This document shows, in pieces, positions 6,824-15,153 of a stretch of DNA of 20,618 bases (position 1 is the stretch's first letter; the number at the start of each line of letters is the position of its first letter). The stretch is from positions 1 to 20,618 of the forward strand of contig JBMFOB010000023.1 in NCBI GenBank assembly GCA_049969855.1, written 5' to 3'. The notes beneath the pieces are model-generated. The model worked only from the letters and a program-made list of their open reading frames with translations. It had not been told where the DNA came from and made no database searches. The stretch is from Candidatus Bathyarchaeia archaeon (GTDB lineage Archaea > Thermoproteota > Bathyarchaeia > Bathyarchaeales > Bathycorpusculaceae). The translations under genes were made by a program, and so were the position numbers.

Positions 6824-7303
6824 TCACTTTTTCAAAGAAGATGATGATTCTGACACCCAGTGAGCAGTTGTTTTTCCCTTTTTATCTATGATGTATTCTT
6901 TCTTGAAGATTGGTGCTTCTTTCTTGTATCTTTCAACAGCCTCTTCTAAAACTGGAAAAACGTTTTTGCGGTGGGAACCAGCAACTATGACGTAGACTAT
7001 TTCTTCGCCAACATTAAAGCTGCCGAGTAAATGGTGAATTTGAACGTTTACTATGCCATCTCTCTGCTCTAAATCTCGGCAAATTTTGGCTAAAATCTCA
7101 TTTGCCTTCTCTTCATAAGCTTCCAACTCCAACTTCTGAACCCTTTCTTTCTTTAACGTTTCTCCACGGACTACTCCAATAAACAAGGCAATTGCTCCAG
7201 CCTCTTCAAAATTGGGCAAACTTTTGACACCTTTTATAGCCTCTGAAAGTGAGAATTTTCCTTTCTCATGAACTCCAGCGACAGTTTTCATGGCAGTCAC
7301 CAT
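6824..7303 (-). CDS. moaE: Molybdopterin synthase catalytic subunit MoaE
   Basis: 159 aa with GAIALFIGVVRGE...LELEAYEEKANEIL...VQIHHLLGSFNVGEEIVYVIVAGSHRKNVFPVLEEAVERYKKEAPIFKKE. This matches the MoaE signature (G.v..F.G.vR ... YE.y ... HR.G ... s.HR..aF.a....id.lK...PifKKE). Confidence 0.85.
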   Translation of the reverse strand: MVTAMKTVAGVHEKGKFSLSEAIKGVKSLPNFEEAGAIALFIGVVRGETLKKERVQKLELEAYEEKANEILAKICRDLEQRDGIVNVQIHHLLGSFNVGEEIVYVIVAGSHRKNVFPVLEEAVERYKKEAPIFKKEYIIDKKGKTTAHWVSESSSSLKK

Positions 7304-7333
7304 GATAAAATTGTTTTAGTTTTCTATTAAGTG

Positions 7334-8287
7334 TTAATATGGCCTCTTTATTAGTATGGTGCCGAGGTTGTTAAGAAGGCGGTAATAGGCTTTTGTTTTT
7401 TCGTGGGCCAATTGCATTGAGATTTTGGAAAATTCTATTGTGTCGTTTGGTTTTGCTTGTCCAAGCATGGAAACATCCGGCGTAATTGCTACGGCAATTT
7501 TTGGATAACCGCCTGTTGTTTGGGCGTCCAGCATTATCAGTATTGGTTTTCCATTTTTTGGAACTTGGATTGCGCCGGGCAAGAGAGCATCTGAAACAAT
7601 GTCTGCTTTTGCTTTATGCTCTATGGGTGGTCCTTCTAGTCTGTATCCCATGCGGTCTGCTTCTGGTGTAACTTTGTATTGGTTTGATAGGAATGTTGTT
7701 ATTCCATTTTCGGTGAACATGTCAGCTTGCGGTCCCAGTACCACATGAACAGTAAATTTGCCCGTGTATTGCGGTATCAACTCTCTTGGCATTGTGTATT
7801 CTGTTTTAAGCGGTGAAGTGGCGAATCCTTCAATTATGTCTCCAGTTTTCAACTGTCTGCCGTTTATGCCGCCAAATCCTCCGCGCACATATGTTGATCT
7901 GCTTCCAAGCACCAACGGCGTTTTTATCCCTCCTTTTATGGAGAGGTAGGCTCGGCATCCGCTTTTCATTTTGCCAAAGGAGATTATGTCACCTTCTTTT
8001 GCTGGTAACGTTTGCCACATGGGAACATTTTCGCCACTGATTTTTGGTTCTGCGTCTCCGCCTGTTACCGCAATATAAGTTTTTGTTAAGGCTTTAAGTT
8101 CTGGACCTATTAGGGTTATTTCCAAACAAGCGTCGTTTGGGTTGTTTTCAACCAAGAGGTTTGCTGCAATTAATGCGAAGGTGTCCATGGCGCCGGAGAT
8201 TGGCACGCCATATTTTAGATAGCCAAATCTTCCCATGTCTTGAACAGTTGTGAATAATCCTGGCTTTAAAACTTGGAAAACTTGCAT
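7334..8287 (-). CDS. pxpC: 5-oxoprolinase subunit C (PxpC; KipA / allophanate hydrolase subunit 2 family)
   Basis: 317 aa. The N-terminus FQVLKPGLFTTVQDMGRFGYLKYGVPISGAMD and the later MLDAQTTGGYPKIAVAITPD are hallmark segments of the family. The start directly abuts the pxpB stop (8287/8288). Confidence 0.9.
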   Translation of the reverse strand: MQVFQVLKPGLFTTVQDMGRFGYLKYGVPISGAMDTFALIAANLLVENNPNDACLEITLIGPELKALTKTYIAVTGGDAEPKISGENVPMWQTLPAKEGDIISFGKMKSGCRAYLSIKGGIKTPLVLGSRSTYVRGGFGGINGRQLKTGDIIEGFATSPLKTEYTMPRELIPQYTGKFTVHVVLGPQADMFTENGITTFLSNQYKVTPEADRMGYRLEGPPIEHKAKADIVSDALLPGAIQVPKNGKPILIMLDAQTTGGYPKIAVAITPDVSMLGQAKPNDTIEFSKISMQLAHEKTKAYYRLLNNLGTILIKRPY

Positions 8288-9028
8288 TTACTCCTCCTCA
8301 GAAATGGGTTTCCATTCGCCTTTCAAAATTGCTTCTTCGATTGTTTTGAATTTGCTTTCAGAAATTGGTTTAAACTTCACAGTGTCGCTTGGTCTTAAAA
8401 GTGTGGGCGGATGCTGGAGGGGATTAAATAGTTTAAGTGGTGTTCTGCCTATTATTCGCCATCCGCCTGGCGCCTCGCAAGGGTAAATTCCTGTTTGTTT
8501 TTCTGCAATGCCAACGGAACCCGCTGGAACTTTTAGTCTTGGAGTTTCAAGGCGTGGTGTTGCAATTTCGTCTGGAACTTCTCCTAAATATGGGAAACCA
8601 GCGACGAATCCTATCATGTAAACTCTATATTCCCTTTCAGAATGCAACCTTACAACAGTTTCTTCTGTTATTCCATGATATTTGGCGACAAAACCTAAGT
8701 CTGGTCCATACTCTCCGCCATAAACCACTGGAACAACTATTCTTCTTCCTTCAGTTTCGACTGCCAACTTGTTAAGGTTCTTTTCAATGTCTTTGATTTG
8801 AAAGACCAGTTGCTCATAGGTTGTTTTTAATGGGTTGTAACGGATGAGTAAAGACCGATATGTTGGAACTGTTTCTTCAACTCCAATGATGTTGGCTTTT
8901 GAAACGGCTTGATTTAAGGCTATAACTTTTTGATTCGCTTCAAGACTTATTTCGTAGCCAAATTCGATGACTAAGGCGCTGTCGCCGAAAGGCAAGTAAC
9001 TGGCAGATTCGTAAATTTTCGCTTGCAT
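8288..9028 (-). CDS. pxpB: 5-oxoprolinase subunit B (PxpB; KipI / allophanate hydrolase subunit 1 family)
   Basis: YLPFGDSALVIEFG, VPTYRSLLIRYNP, IPVVYGG-like VPVVYGGEYGPDL and GFVAGFPYLG are characteristic of the family. The track ORF starts at TTG 9055 and overlaps pxpA by 17 nt. I prefer ATG 9028 (MQAKIYES...). Confidence 0.88.
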   Translation of the reverse strand: MQAKIYESASYLPFGDSALVIEFGYEISLEANQKVIALNQAVSKANIIGVEETVPTYRSLLIRYNPLKTTYEQLVFQIKDIEKNLNKLAVETEGRRIVVPVVYGGEYGPDLGFVAKYHGITEETVVRLHSEREYRVYMIGFVAGFPYLGEVPDEIATPRLETPRLKVPAGSVGIAEKQTGIYPCEAPGGWRIIGRTPLKLFNPLQHPPTLLRPSDTVKFKPISESKFKTIEEAILKGEWKPISEEE

Positions 9029-9038
9029 TGTTAAGCCT

Positions 9039-9830
9039 TTAAATAAAGTTGCCAACAGACGTAACTTCGATTCCAGACTTAACCAGTTCCTTCTTCAAAA
9101 CCTCTGTCAATTTTATTGCTGTTGGTGTGTCGCCGTGCACGCAAATAGTATGCACTTTGTCTAAGGTTACAGTTTCACCGTTGGCAGCCGAAACCTTCCC
9201 TTCCCTTATTACTTTCAAGGTTCTTTCGAGAACTGTGAATGGGTTTGTGATGATTGAGTTTGGTTGTTTTCTAGAGACGAGGGTTCCATCAGTGTTGTAG
9301 GCTCTGTCCGCAAAAAATTCGTATGCCACACGCAATCCTGCTTTGGTGGCTGTTTTGGCTAAGGCTGATTTTGGGGGTGCAAAAATTATGAGGCCTTCGT
9401 CTAAAGCCTTAACTGCGTCTACTATTCCTCTGCTTGTTTCCACGTCTTTCACCGCAGTATTGTACAAGGCTCCATGGGGCTTTACGTGTTGAAGATTTAA
9501 ACCAGCTATTTTTGCGAATCCTTGAAGAGCGCTCACCTGATAAATTGTGTAATTTTTAATTTCTTCTAAGGTTAGACGCATTTCTCTTCTTCCAAAGCCG
9601 AGGAGGTCTGGATAGCTTGGATGAGCGCCAATAGCAACGCCATGTTTTTTTGCTAAGTTGATGGTGTGTGCCATTGTTATTGGGTCGCCTGCATGGAATC
9701 CGCATGCTATGTTTGCTGATGTTATGTGTGGCATTATTTTTTCGTCGTTTCCTATTTTGAAGGCTCCGTAGCTTTCGCCTAAATCACAGTTTATGTCTAT
9801 TTTTAGTTTCAAATTTATATCCCATAACAT
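9039..9830 (-). CDS. pxpA: 5-oxoprolinase subunit A (PxpA; LamB/YcsF family)
   Basis: 263 aa with KIDINCDLGESYGAFKIGNDEKIMPHITSANIACGFHAGDP and HVKPHGALYN, canonical LamB/YcsF motifs. ATG 9830 lies 2 nt after the upstream stop. An internal TTG giving MKLKIDINCDLGE is an alternative start. Confidence 0.9.
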   Translation of the reverse strand: MLWDINLKLKIDINCDLGESYGAFKIGNDEKIMPHITSANIACGFHAGDPITMAHTINLAKKHGVAIGAHPSYPDLLGFGRREMRLTLEEIKNYTIYQVSALQGFAKIAGLNLQHVKPHGALYNTAVKDVETSRGIVDAVKALDEGLIIFAPPKSALAKTATKAGLRVAYEFFADRAYNTDGTLVSRKQPNSIITNPFTVLERTLKVIREGKVSAANGETVTLDKVHTICVHGDTPTAIKLTEVLKKELVKSGIEVTSVGNFI

Positions 9831-9832
9831 GT

Positions 9833-10864
9833 TTACAGCGAAACGTATTTTCTCATGTCTTCGATGGCAGCGGAGGGCACTGGCAAATCTTTCATTGTAA
9901 GTAAGCCAGGCGGCGCCTTAATCACTTTTGGAATTGCGTTAACAACCATGGCTACTGTGCCTATGTCGCCGTGAACGCATGGTTGAATCTTCTCTTTTAT
10001 GGTTGGGATGCCATGGATTGTTATGGCGTCATATTCTTCTTCTGCGCCTATGTATGCTTGAAAATCGAGCGTTATAACCTCCTTATTCTTGATTATTCCC
10101 TTCGCCTTTTGTCTCAAACCAGCAGCTTGACCAGCCTTAACTTTTATGTGTTCGCTTTCTACTGGTTTTTTGGCGATTACTGGTTCCACTGGTTCGGCTA
10201 CTATTTTGTCAAGTTTCCATGCTAGGGCGTCAGCTATCATGGCGATAGACTGTTCAAGTCCCACATGCCCCGTGATTTGTTTGCTTTCAATTTTCTTTTG
10301 GAACTCTTCAACTGTTAAGCCAGCTCCAATCTTTTTCTGGAATGGCAAGCGTCTGGTAGCTGCGTTCATGACTCTTGCTGCTTCGATTTTCTCTATTTTT
10401 TGACAGACAGCCGTAAGCGTTATCACTAATGTATCCATGAGAAAGCCTGGGTTTATGCCAGTACCCAAAATGGTTGCGCCGTGTTTTTTGGCGAGGGTAT
10501 CCAGTTCTTTTGCGATTTTAGGTTCCGTATAGTATGGGTTAGAGAGTTCTTCGCATGTGGATACTACTTTGACACCATGTTTTATGAGTGAGGCTAATTG
10601 TTGGTGTGTATCCTTTAGAAAGGAAGATGTTGCGTGAATGGCTATGTCTGGTTTGGTTTTTGAAAGAACAGCGTCAACGTCATCTGAAACTTTTACTCCA
10701 ACTTTTTTGTTTATGCCTAAAACTTCTCCTAAATCTTTTCCAACTTTATCCTTAGCAACGTCAATAGCTCCAACTATTTCCACCCCTTCCTTTTCAAGCA
10801 AAAATTTTGCGATTAAGCTGCCGACAGCTCCAACTCCAAAAATGGCAACTTTCACTTTTCTCAT
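9833..10864 (-). CDS. DapB-fold NAD(P)-dependent dehydrogenase (2,4-diaminopentanoate dehydrogenase / native amine dehydrogenase-like family)
   Basis: Rossmann N-terminus MRKVKVAIFGVGAVGSLIAKFL, followed by TGINPGFLMD, GHVGLEQSIAMIADAL and HGDIGTVAMVVNAIPKVIKAPPGLLTMKDLP. The track ORF extends to 10996, but the extra 44 codons translate the AT-rich promoter. ATG 10864 has GGAGGCTTAAA immediately upstream. Confidence 0.7.
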   Translation of the reverse strand: MRKVKVAIFGVGAVGSLIAKFLLEKEGVEIVGAIDVAKDKVGKDLGEVLGINKKVGVKVSDDVDAVLSKTKPDIAIHATSSFLKDTHQQLASLIKHGVKVVSTCEELSNPYYTEPKIAKELDTLAKKHGATILGTGINPGFLMDTLVITLTAVCQKIEKIEAARVMNAATRRLPFQKKIGAGLTVEEFQKKIESKQITGHVGLEQSIAMIADALAWKLDKIVAEPVEPVIAKKPVESEHIKVKAGQAAGLRQKAKGIIKNKEVITLDFQAYIGAEEEYDAITIHGIPTIKEKIQPCVHGDIGTVAMVVNAIPKVIKAPPGLLTMKDLPVPSAAIEDMRKYVSL

Positions 10865-11016
10865 TTTAAGCCTCCGTTTTCGCTTATTCTTTATTGTTTT
10901 ATGTGCTATAAATTTGTCTTGGTGAATATTATGATGTTTTTGATATGGTTTAAAACCTTTACGTTTGTAAACTTTTATATTTTGGAGAAACCCCAATACT
11001 AAGGAGGCTTAAAGGG
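10865..11016. promoter_or_regulatory. Divergent promoter region between the dapB-like/pxp array (minus) and the hdr/kor operon (plus)
   Basis: 152-bp AT-rich spacer bounded by inverted copies of GGAGGCTTAAA (10865-10875 on the minus strand, 11003-11013 on the plus strand). TATA-like elements are CTATAAATTT (~10908-10917) and CTTTTATATTTT (~10971-10982). Which box serves which strand was not resolved. Confidence 0.4.
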
Positions 11017-12453
11017 TTGCAAACCGCAGAAACTATAGTTTCCAAAGAAAACATTAAAAGACTGTTGGACATTGAAAAATTAAAATACTGCTTTGAATGC
11101 GGCGTCTGCACAGCCAGTTGCCCCATGGCAGAACTTTTGGGAAAAGACTACAACCCAAGAGGGCTTCTTGAAAAAATTTTCTTAAACCCCAACAGTGTTC
11201 TAAATTCGGATGAGCTTTGGCTTTGCGCTTGGTGTTATCGCTGTTATAGGCATTGTCCCCAAGCGCTTAAAATACCAGAAATTCTTCTTTTCATGCGAAG
11301 AACAGCTGCAGAGCACGGGCTTTTGGCGCCTCTTGAAAATGCCCTACAAAAAATAGTTGAAAACATTCCGCTTCCTCTTGCAACAACACTGGTCTGCTTT
11401 CATCCAGAACGTGTTGGACTGGATAAAGAGAAAATCGTTGAAAAGGTTGAACAAATGCGCCTTGAAAATTTTAAGAGGAGAAAAAAAATAAAGGCGGCAA
11501 GAGTTTCTCAAAGAAAAGTTGCGGTTATTGGTTCTGGACCCGCTGGTCTCACAGTTGCCCATCAACTAGCTCAGAAAAAATATAACGTTACAATTTTTGA
11601 AGCTCTTCCAGAAGCTGGTGGAATGTTGAGGAGATGCATTCCTGAGCATCGTTTGCCAAAGCAAGTTTTAGCCAAAGAAATCCAATTCATAAAAGACTTA
11701 GGCGTAGAAATAAGAACTGGCGTAACTGTTGGTAAAGATTTGAGTTTTGAAGATTTATGGAATGCAGGACATAAAGCCATTTTTATCGGCGTAGGTGCAC
11801 ATGAAAGCCAAAAATTAAAAATTGAAGGCGTAAATTTGGAAGGCGTAATTCACGCTCTCGACTTTTTATGGAAAATGAATTCTGGCGAAAAAATGGAAAT
11901 TGGAAAGAATGTCGCAATAATCGGCGGCGGAAACGTTGCAATAGATGCCGCAAGAACCGCATTACGGAATGGAGCAAAGGAAACGACAATATTTTATCGT
12001 AGGTCAAGGGATGAAATGCCAGCAAACCCTTGGGAAGTTAAAGAGGCGGAAGATGAAGGCGTAAAAATTGAGTTTTTGGTTGCTCCCAAGAGATTTTTGG
12101 GAAAGAACGGAAAAGTTTCATCCGTCGAGTTTGTTCGCATGCAACTGGGCGAACCAGACGAGTCTGGTAGACGAAAACCAATTCCCATTGAAGGTTCAGA
12201 TTTCACACGGGAAGCGGATATGGTGATTTTGGCGATAGGTGAGATGCCCAACTTGGCATTTTTGCCAAAAGAGATAGAGTTAAATGCAGATGGAACTGTT
12301 TGGGTTGACCCAATAACTATGGAAACAAGCTTACGAGGTGTTTTTGCTGGAGGAGACGCTGCAACAGGACCAGCAACAGTAATTGAAGCAATTAAATCTG
12401 GAAAGCGTGCTGCGGAATCAATTGAAAATTACTTGGAATCTTTAGGAGGATAA
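11017..12453 (+). CDS. HdrC-type 2x[4Fe-4S] domain fused to a GltD/NfnB/SudA-like NAD(P)H:FAD oxidoreductase
   Basis: 478 aa from TTG 11017 (GGAGG 9 nt upstream). The N-terminus carries CFECGVCTASCP (aa 25-36) and CAWCYRCYRHCP (aa 70-81), with the intervening NPR and LWLC features seen in HdrC/GlpC-type domains. From about aa 165 it continues KVAVIGSGPAGLTVAHQL...EALPEAGGMLRRCIPEHRLPK...VAIIGGGNVAIDAARTALRNGA...RGVFAGGDAATGPATVIEAIKSGKRAA, the glutamate synthase small-subunit-like fold. Confidence 0.8.
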   Translation: MQTAETIVSKENIKRLLDIEKLKYCFECGVCTASCPMAELLGKDYNPRGLLEKIFLNPNSVLNSDELWLCAWCYRCYRHCPQALKIPEILLFMRRTAAEHGLLAPLENALQKIVENIPLPLATTLVCFHPERVGLDKEKIVEKVEQMRLENFKRRKKIKAARVSQRKVAVIGSGPAGLTVAHQLAQKKYNVTIFEALPEAGGMLRRCIPEHRLPKQVLAKEIQFIKDLGVEIRTGVTVGKDLSFEDLWNAGHKAIFIGVGAHESQKLKIEGVNLEGVIHALDFLWKMNSGEKMEIGKNVAIIGGGNVAIDAARTALRNGAKETTIFYRRSRDEMPANPWEVKEAEDEGVKIEFLVAPKRFLGKNGKVSSVEFVRMQLGEPDESGRRKPIPIEGSDFTREADMVILAIGEMPNLAFLPKEIELNADGTVWVDPITMETSLRGVFAGGDAATGPATVIEAIKSGKRAAESIENYLESLGG

Positions 12454-12457
12454 GGGC

Positions 12458-14866
12458 TTGGCTGAAGGTGAAATTCGCATCGGAGTTTATGTTTGCCACT
12501 GCGGCTTAAACATAGCTGGCTCCGTAGATTGCGAAGAAGTGGCAAAATACGCAGCAACTCTCCCCCACGTAGTTTTAGCCAAGGACAACCGTTACACATG
12601 TTCAGACCAAGGACAAGAAATGATAAAAAAAGACATTAAAGAACATAGGCTTAACCGTGTTGTTGTAGCCTCATGTTCACCAAGGCTTCACGAACCAACT
12701 TTTAGAAAAACATGCGAGGATGCTGGCTTAAACAAGTATCTTTTTGAAATGGCTAACATACGTGAACAGTGCAGTTGGGTTCATTTGCATGATCGAAAGG
12801 CTGCTACTGAAAAGGCTAAAGATCTTGTGAAGATGGCTGTGGCTAAAGCTGCCTTACTTCAACCCGCAGAAGAGATTGAAGTGCCAATTATTCAGGAAGC
12901 CCTCGTTATTGGTGGTGGAGTGGCTGGCATTCAAGCGGCTTTGGATTTGGCTGACACTGGTTATAAGGTTTATTTGGTTGAGAAGGAGCCAAGCATTGGC
13001 GGAATGATGGCACGCATAGATAAGACTTTTCCAACGATGGACTGTTCCATATGCATTCTTGCGCCTAAAATGTCTGATGTTGGGCATCATCCAAACATTG
13101 AGCTTTTAACCAATAGCGAAGTTGTGGATGTCAAGGGGTACATCGGCAACTTCAAAGTCAAAGTTTTGAAAAAACCCCGCTACGTCAAAAGCGACTGCAC
13201 AGCATGCGGAGAATGTTCAAAGGTTTGTCCTGTCATAGCCCCAAACGAGTTTGACGCTGGATTAGCCATAAGACACGCCATTTACACGCCTTTCGCCCAA
13301 GCCGTTCCATCTACATACATAATTGACATGAATAAATGCCTAAACAAAGACGGCGTAATCGTCTGCGACAAATGCATAAAGGCTTGTGAAAGACAAGCCA
13401 TAGACTTTGAAATGAAACCAGAAACCATAGAACTTAAAGTTGGAACAATAATAGTAGCCATCGGCGCAGACGTGTTTGACCCATCCACCTTACCAAATTA
13501 TGGGTATGGAAAATACCCAAACGTGATAACTTCGCTTGAATTTGAAAGGCTAATAAACGCTGGTGGTCCATCTGGCGGGCATCTTATAAGACCAAGCGAT
13601 ATGCAGATTCCTCAACGTGTAGCCTTCATCCAATGCGTTGGTTCCCGCTCGGACAGAAATGGAAGATTATATTGCAGTAACGTTTGCTGCATGAATACAA
13701 TAAAGGATAGTTTGCTCATTAAGGAGCATTGGCCTGAAACTGAAATTTACGTTTTCTATGTTGACATAAGAGCTTATGGAAAAGGCTTCGAAGATCTTTA
13801 TAAGCGTGCAAAAAAGGAAGGCGTAATATTCATCCGCGGGCTTCCAGCCGAGATGATTGAGGATAGGAAGACGCATAATTTGTGGCTTGTTGGCGAGAAT
13901 ACTCTTCAGAAAGAATTATACAAAATTAATGTTGACATGGTAATCCTCTCTGTCGGTTTGGAGCCGAGAAAGGATAGTGAAATCATCCAGCGGTTATTAA
14001 CATTATCAAGAACTCAAGATGGTTTCTTCATGGAAGCCCATCCAAAACTTAGACCAGTAGACGCTGCAACAGGTGGAATATTCTTTGCTGGGTGCGCTGA
14101 AGCTCCCAAGGACATTAAAGATAGCGTAACACAAGCAAGCGCTGCCGCTGCTAGAGCTAGCATTTTGATGGCTAAGGGAAAGGTGACTGTTGAGGCTATA
14201 ACGCCAATTTCCTACGCTGAAAAGTGTAAGGCTTGCGGGCTCTGCACAAAAGTTTGTCCTTACAATGCTATAACATTAAACAAGGAGTTAAAGCGAATAG
14301 AAATTATTGAGGCTGCTTGTGGCGGATGCGGAACCTGTGCAGCAGAATGTCCCTTTGACGCTTTAACCCAAAATCACTTCACTGATGAACAAATTTTAGC
14401 GCAGATAGACGCCATAACTGAACACGGTGCTGAAAAGAAAATTGTTGCCTTCTGCTGCAATTGGTGCGCCTATGCTGGCGCAGACTTTGCCGGCGTAAGC
14501 CGAATGCAATATCCACCTAACGTGCGAATAATAAGGACTATGTGTTCTGGACGAGTGGCTCCAAAATTCATAGAAAGAGCCTTTGCAAGAGGAGCTGCAG
14601 CCGTTTTGGTGGCTGGGTGCCATCCTGGAGATTGCCATTACATAAATGCCAACTATCAGACTCAAAGGCGTGTGGAACGCTTCTGGAAAAAAATGGAGCA
14701 AAGTGGACTAAACAAGGAAAGGTTGCAGTTACTTTGGGTTACGGCTGCGGAAGGTGAAAGATTCGCTTCAAAAATCCGTGAAATGCAAAGCATAGTGGAA
14801 AAAGTGTCCAAAGAAGAGATAGAAAATGGCAAAAAAGTTTTTGAGAAAGCCTCGGGTGGGAGTTAG
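12458..14866 (+). CDS. hdrA: Heterodisulfide reductase subunit A-like flavoprotein fused to a C-terminal MvhD domain
   Basis: 802 aa. HdrA N-terminal domain: IGVYVCHCGLNIAGSVDCEEV...CSDQGQEMI...VVASCSPRLHEPTFRKTCEDAGLNKYLFEMANIREQCSWVH. FAD motif VIGGGVAGIQAALDLA. Inserted and C-terminal ferredoxin domains: CTACGECSKVCP, CKACGLCTKVCP, CGGCGTCAAECP. From about nt 14435 an MvhD/FlpD-like domain follows: KIVAFCCNWCAYAGADFAGVSRMQYPPNVRIIRTMCSGRV...LVAGCHPGDCHY. TTG start with AGGAGGA upstream. Confidence 0.9.
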   Translation: MAEGEIRIGVYVCHCGLNIAGSVDCEEVAKYAATLPHVVLAKDNRYTCSDQGQEMIKKDIKEHRLNRVVVASCSPRLHEPTFRKTCEDAGLNKYLFEMANIREQCSWVHLHDRKAATEKAKDLVKMAVAKAALLQPAEEIEVPIIQEALVIGGGVAGIQAALDLADTGYKVYLVEKEPSIGGMMARIDKTFPTMDCSICILAPKMSDVGHHPNIELLTNSEVVDVKGYIGNFKVKVLKKPRYVKSDCTACGECSKVCPVIAPNEFDAGLAIRHAIYTPFAQAVPSTYIIDMNKCLNKDGVIVCDKCIKACERQAIDFEMKPETIELKVGTIIVAIGADVFDPSTLPNYGYGKYPNVITSLEFERLINAGGPSGGHLIRPSDMQIPQRVAFIQCVGSRSDRNGRLYCSNVCCMNTIKDSLLIKEHWPETEIYVFYVDIRAYGKGFEDLYKRAKKEGVIFIRGLPAEMIEDRKTHNLWLVGENTLQKELYKINVDMVILSVGLEPRKDSEIIQRLLTLSRTQDGFFMEAHPKLRPVDAATGGIFFAGCAEAPKDIKDSVTQASAAAARASILMAKGKVTVEAITPISYAEKCKACGLCTKVCPYNAITLNKELKRIEIIEAACGGCGTCAAECPFDALTQNHFTDEQILAQIDAITEHGAEKKIVAFCCNWCAYAGADFAGVSRMQYPPNVRIIRTMCSGRVAPKFIERAFARGAAAVLVAGCHPGDCHYINANYQTQRRVERFWKKMEQSGLNKERLQLLWVTAAEGERFASKIREMQSIVEKVSKEEIENGKKVFEKASGGS

Positions 14867-14868
14867 CT

Positions 14869-15153
14869 ATGCCTGTAAGACTTTGGCGTAAACCCCTTGA
14901 CACTGAAAAAGTTAAGCCTCCAAAAGCAGAAATTCACATATTAAAAGACCAGTGTAAAGGATGTGGTTTCTGCATCCATTTTTGCCCCAAAAAAGTGTTG
15001 GAGGAATCTGAGGAAATAAATGCGCGGGGCGTTCATCCTCCAAAAATTGTTGATGAAAGTAAATGTATTCTCTGCAGTTTTTGCACTTCAGTTTGTCCAG
15101 ACTTTGCAATTTTCGTCATTGAAAAACAATGTAAAGAAGGATACCAAACATGA
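14869..15153 (+). CDS. korD: 2-oxoacid (2-oxoglutarate-type):ferredoxin oxidoreductase delta subunit (2x[4Fe-4S])
   Basis: 94 aa with CKGCGFCIHFCP and CILCSFCTSVCP. Starts 2 nt after the hdrA stop and overlaps the alpha subunit gene by 4 nt (ATGA). Confidence 0.85.
   Translation: MPVRLWRKPLDTEKVKPPKAEIHILKDQCKGCGFCIHFCPKKVLEESEEINARGVHPPKIVDESKCILCSFCTSVCPDFAIFVIEKQCKEGYQT

Noticed and set aside
10865-10996. A 44-codon N-terminal extension of the dapB-like ORF (MGFLQNIKVYKRKGFKPYQKHHNIHQDKFIAHKTIKNKRKRRLK).
   Set aside because: It is lysine/arginine-rich read-through of the AT-rich promoter region. The Rossmann GxGxxG motif begins immediately after the internal ATG 10864, which has a perfect GGAGG.
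12458-14866. Possible selenocysteine (in-frame TGA) in HdrA, as found in some methanogens.
   Set aside because: The ORF is uninterrupted, the corresponding positions are encoded by Cys codons, and no SECIS-like element needs to be invoked.
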